NCBI RefSeq assembly: GCF_006345805.1
Contig: NW_021829925.1
Coordinates: 1 to 35,087, forward strand
DNA length: 35,087 bases
DNA from: Octopus sinensis
Lineage: Eukaryota
Direction: 5' to 3'
The notes under the pieces were generated by a model. That model saw only the letters and a program-made list of their open reading frames with translations, did not search any database and was not told the origin of the DNA. Made by a program: the position numbers and the translations under genes. Each line of letters begins with the position of its first letter. Position 1 is the stretch's first letter. Below are positions 34,076 to 35,087 of the stretch, piece by piece.

Positions 34076-34950
34076 TTGTGTACACCTCATTGTACAACTC
34101 CCATTGCATCTCACAGACTGTATACCACATAGTGTATACCACACATTGCATACCACATGTTGACTCTTCACCTGTTTATGCTTACTACCTTGTATACACC
34201 AACGGTATATCACATAATGTATATCACATATTCTCCATCATTGTACATTACATATTAAATATCAACTGTTGTATATCTTATATTGTGTATCACAGACTGT
34301 ATGTCATTTATTGTATATTATATATCGTATATCACCTATTCATCAGTTGCTTATTATGTTGTATATCCCCTATTGTATATCACATATCATCACCTATTCT
34401 TTTCAACTAACTATAAGTCCCCTATCGTATCACACTTATCGTATACCACCTATTGCCTTTTCCTTATGGTATATCACCTAATGAACATTACCCGTCGCAT
34501 ACAACGTCTTAATTTACCTATAGCATATCACATTGTTTACCACATATTATCACCTATTAGCCACTATTTATTTCATATTCGCTATTGAATATCCCTCTTC
34601 ATATCACTTCTTATTCGCTACCTACTATATATTCACTATTGAATATTTTTGTCGTATATTAGTTATTATTCGCTACCTATTGTATATTTCATAAAGTACC
34701 ACCCTGTTGTATATCACACATTATCACCTATTCTTTACACCGTGTTATATATCCCCTATTGTACAGTATTTAATCTACAATGCATTCTATATCCCGTATA
34801 TTGTATCACTTATTGTCTATAATCTATTATTCCCAACATATAGGATTATCTCCTATTGTATATCTCTATTGTATATCCGCCATTATTTATCAACTATTGT
34901 ATATGTTCTGTTGTATATTCCCATTGTATCTCACTGAATCACTTTCCCCT
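34075..34950. repeat. Degenerate ~13-14-bp minisatellite (approximate consensus TATATCACCTATTG)
   Basis: Recurrent tatatcccctattg, tatcacctatt, tatatctctattg units. Confidence 0.7.
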
Positions 34951-35087
34951 ATGGCCGCCATTCTGTTACCAACCAAAGCAAACTTTTTCGAATAATAATA
35001 ATTTTGGAAACAGAAACTGTTTGTTTGTTTACGCTGTCTTTGTTGTTTTCTTGCTGTTGTTGTTGTTATTTTTATTTTGTTTTCACT

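Overview
AT-rich, microsatellite-saturated eukaryotic non-coding DNA (intergenic or deep intronic). The SINE families look like those of octopus/coleoid cephalopods; this is inferred from repeat recognition only. No host protein-coding exon can be supported, and almost all listed ORFs are translations of simple repeats. The only real coding remnants are transposon pseudogenes: a Tx1/L1-type zinc-knuckle tail (2.2-2.8 kb), an R4/Dong-type reverse transcriptase (12.4-13.1 kb), a HERO-type restriction-like endonuclease (19.7-20.4 kb) and a Tc1-like transposase with DD35E spacing (24.9-25.9 kb). Also present are three tRNA-derived SINE families, two hAT MITEs with 8-bp TSDs, a foldback element and several palindromic elements. 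The most interesting signal is a set of type-I minimal hammerhead ribozyme (HHR) motifs. One has an intact catalytic core (minus strand 1880-1930) and sits in a ~298-nt unit with a partial direct repeat that starts about 6 nt from the predicted cleavage site, which is a retrozyme/Penelope-like layout. A second near-complete motif lies at 9213-9260 and an outward-facing inverted pair at 16642-16842. There are also two cases of short-range (~0.75 kb) templated copying into other transposons and a 184-bp head-to-tail SINE array.
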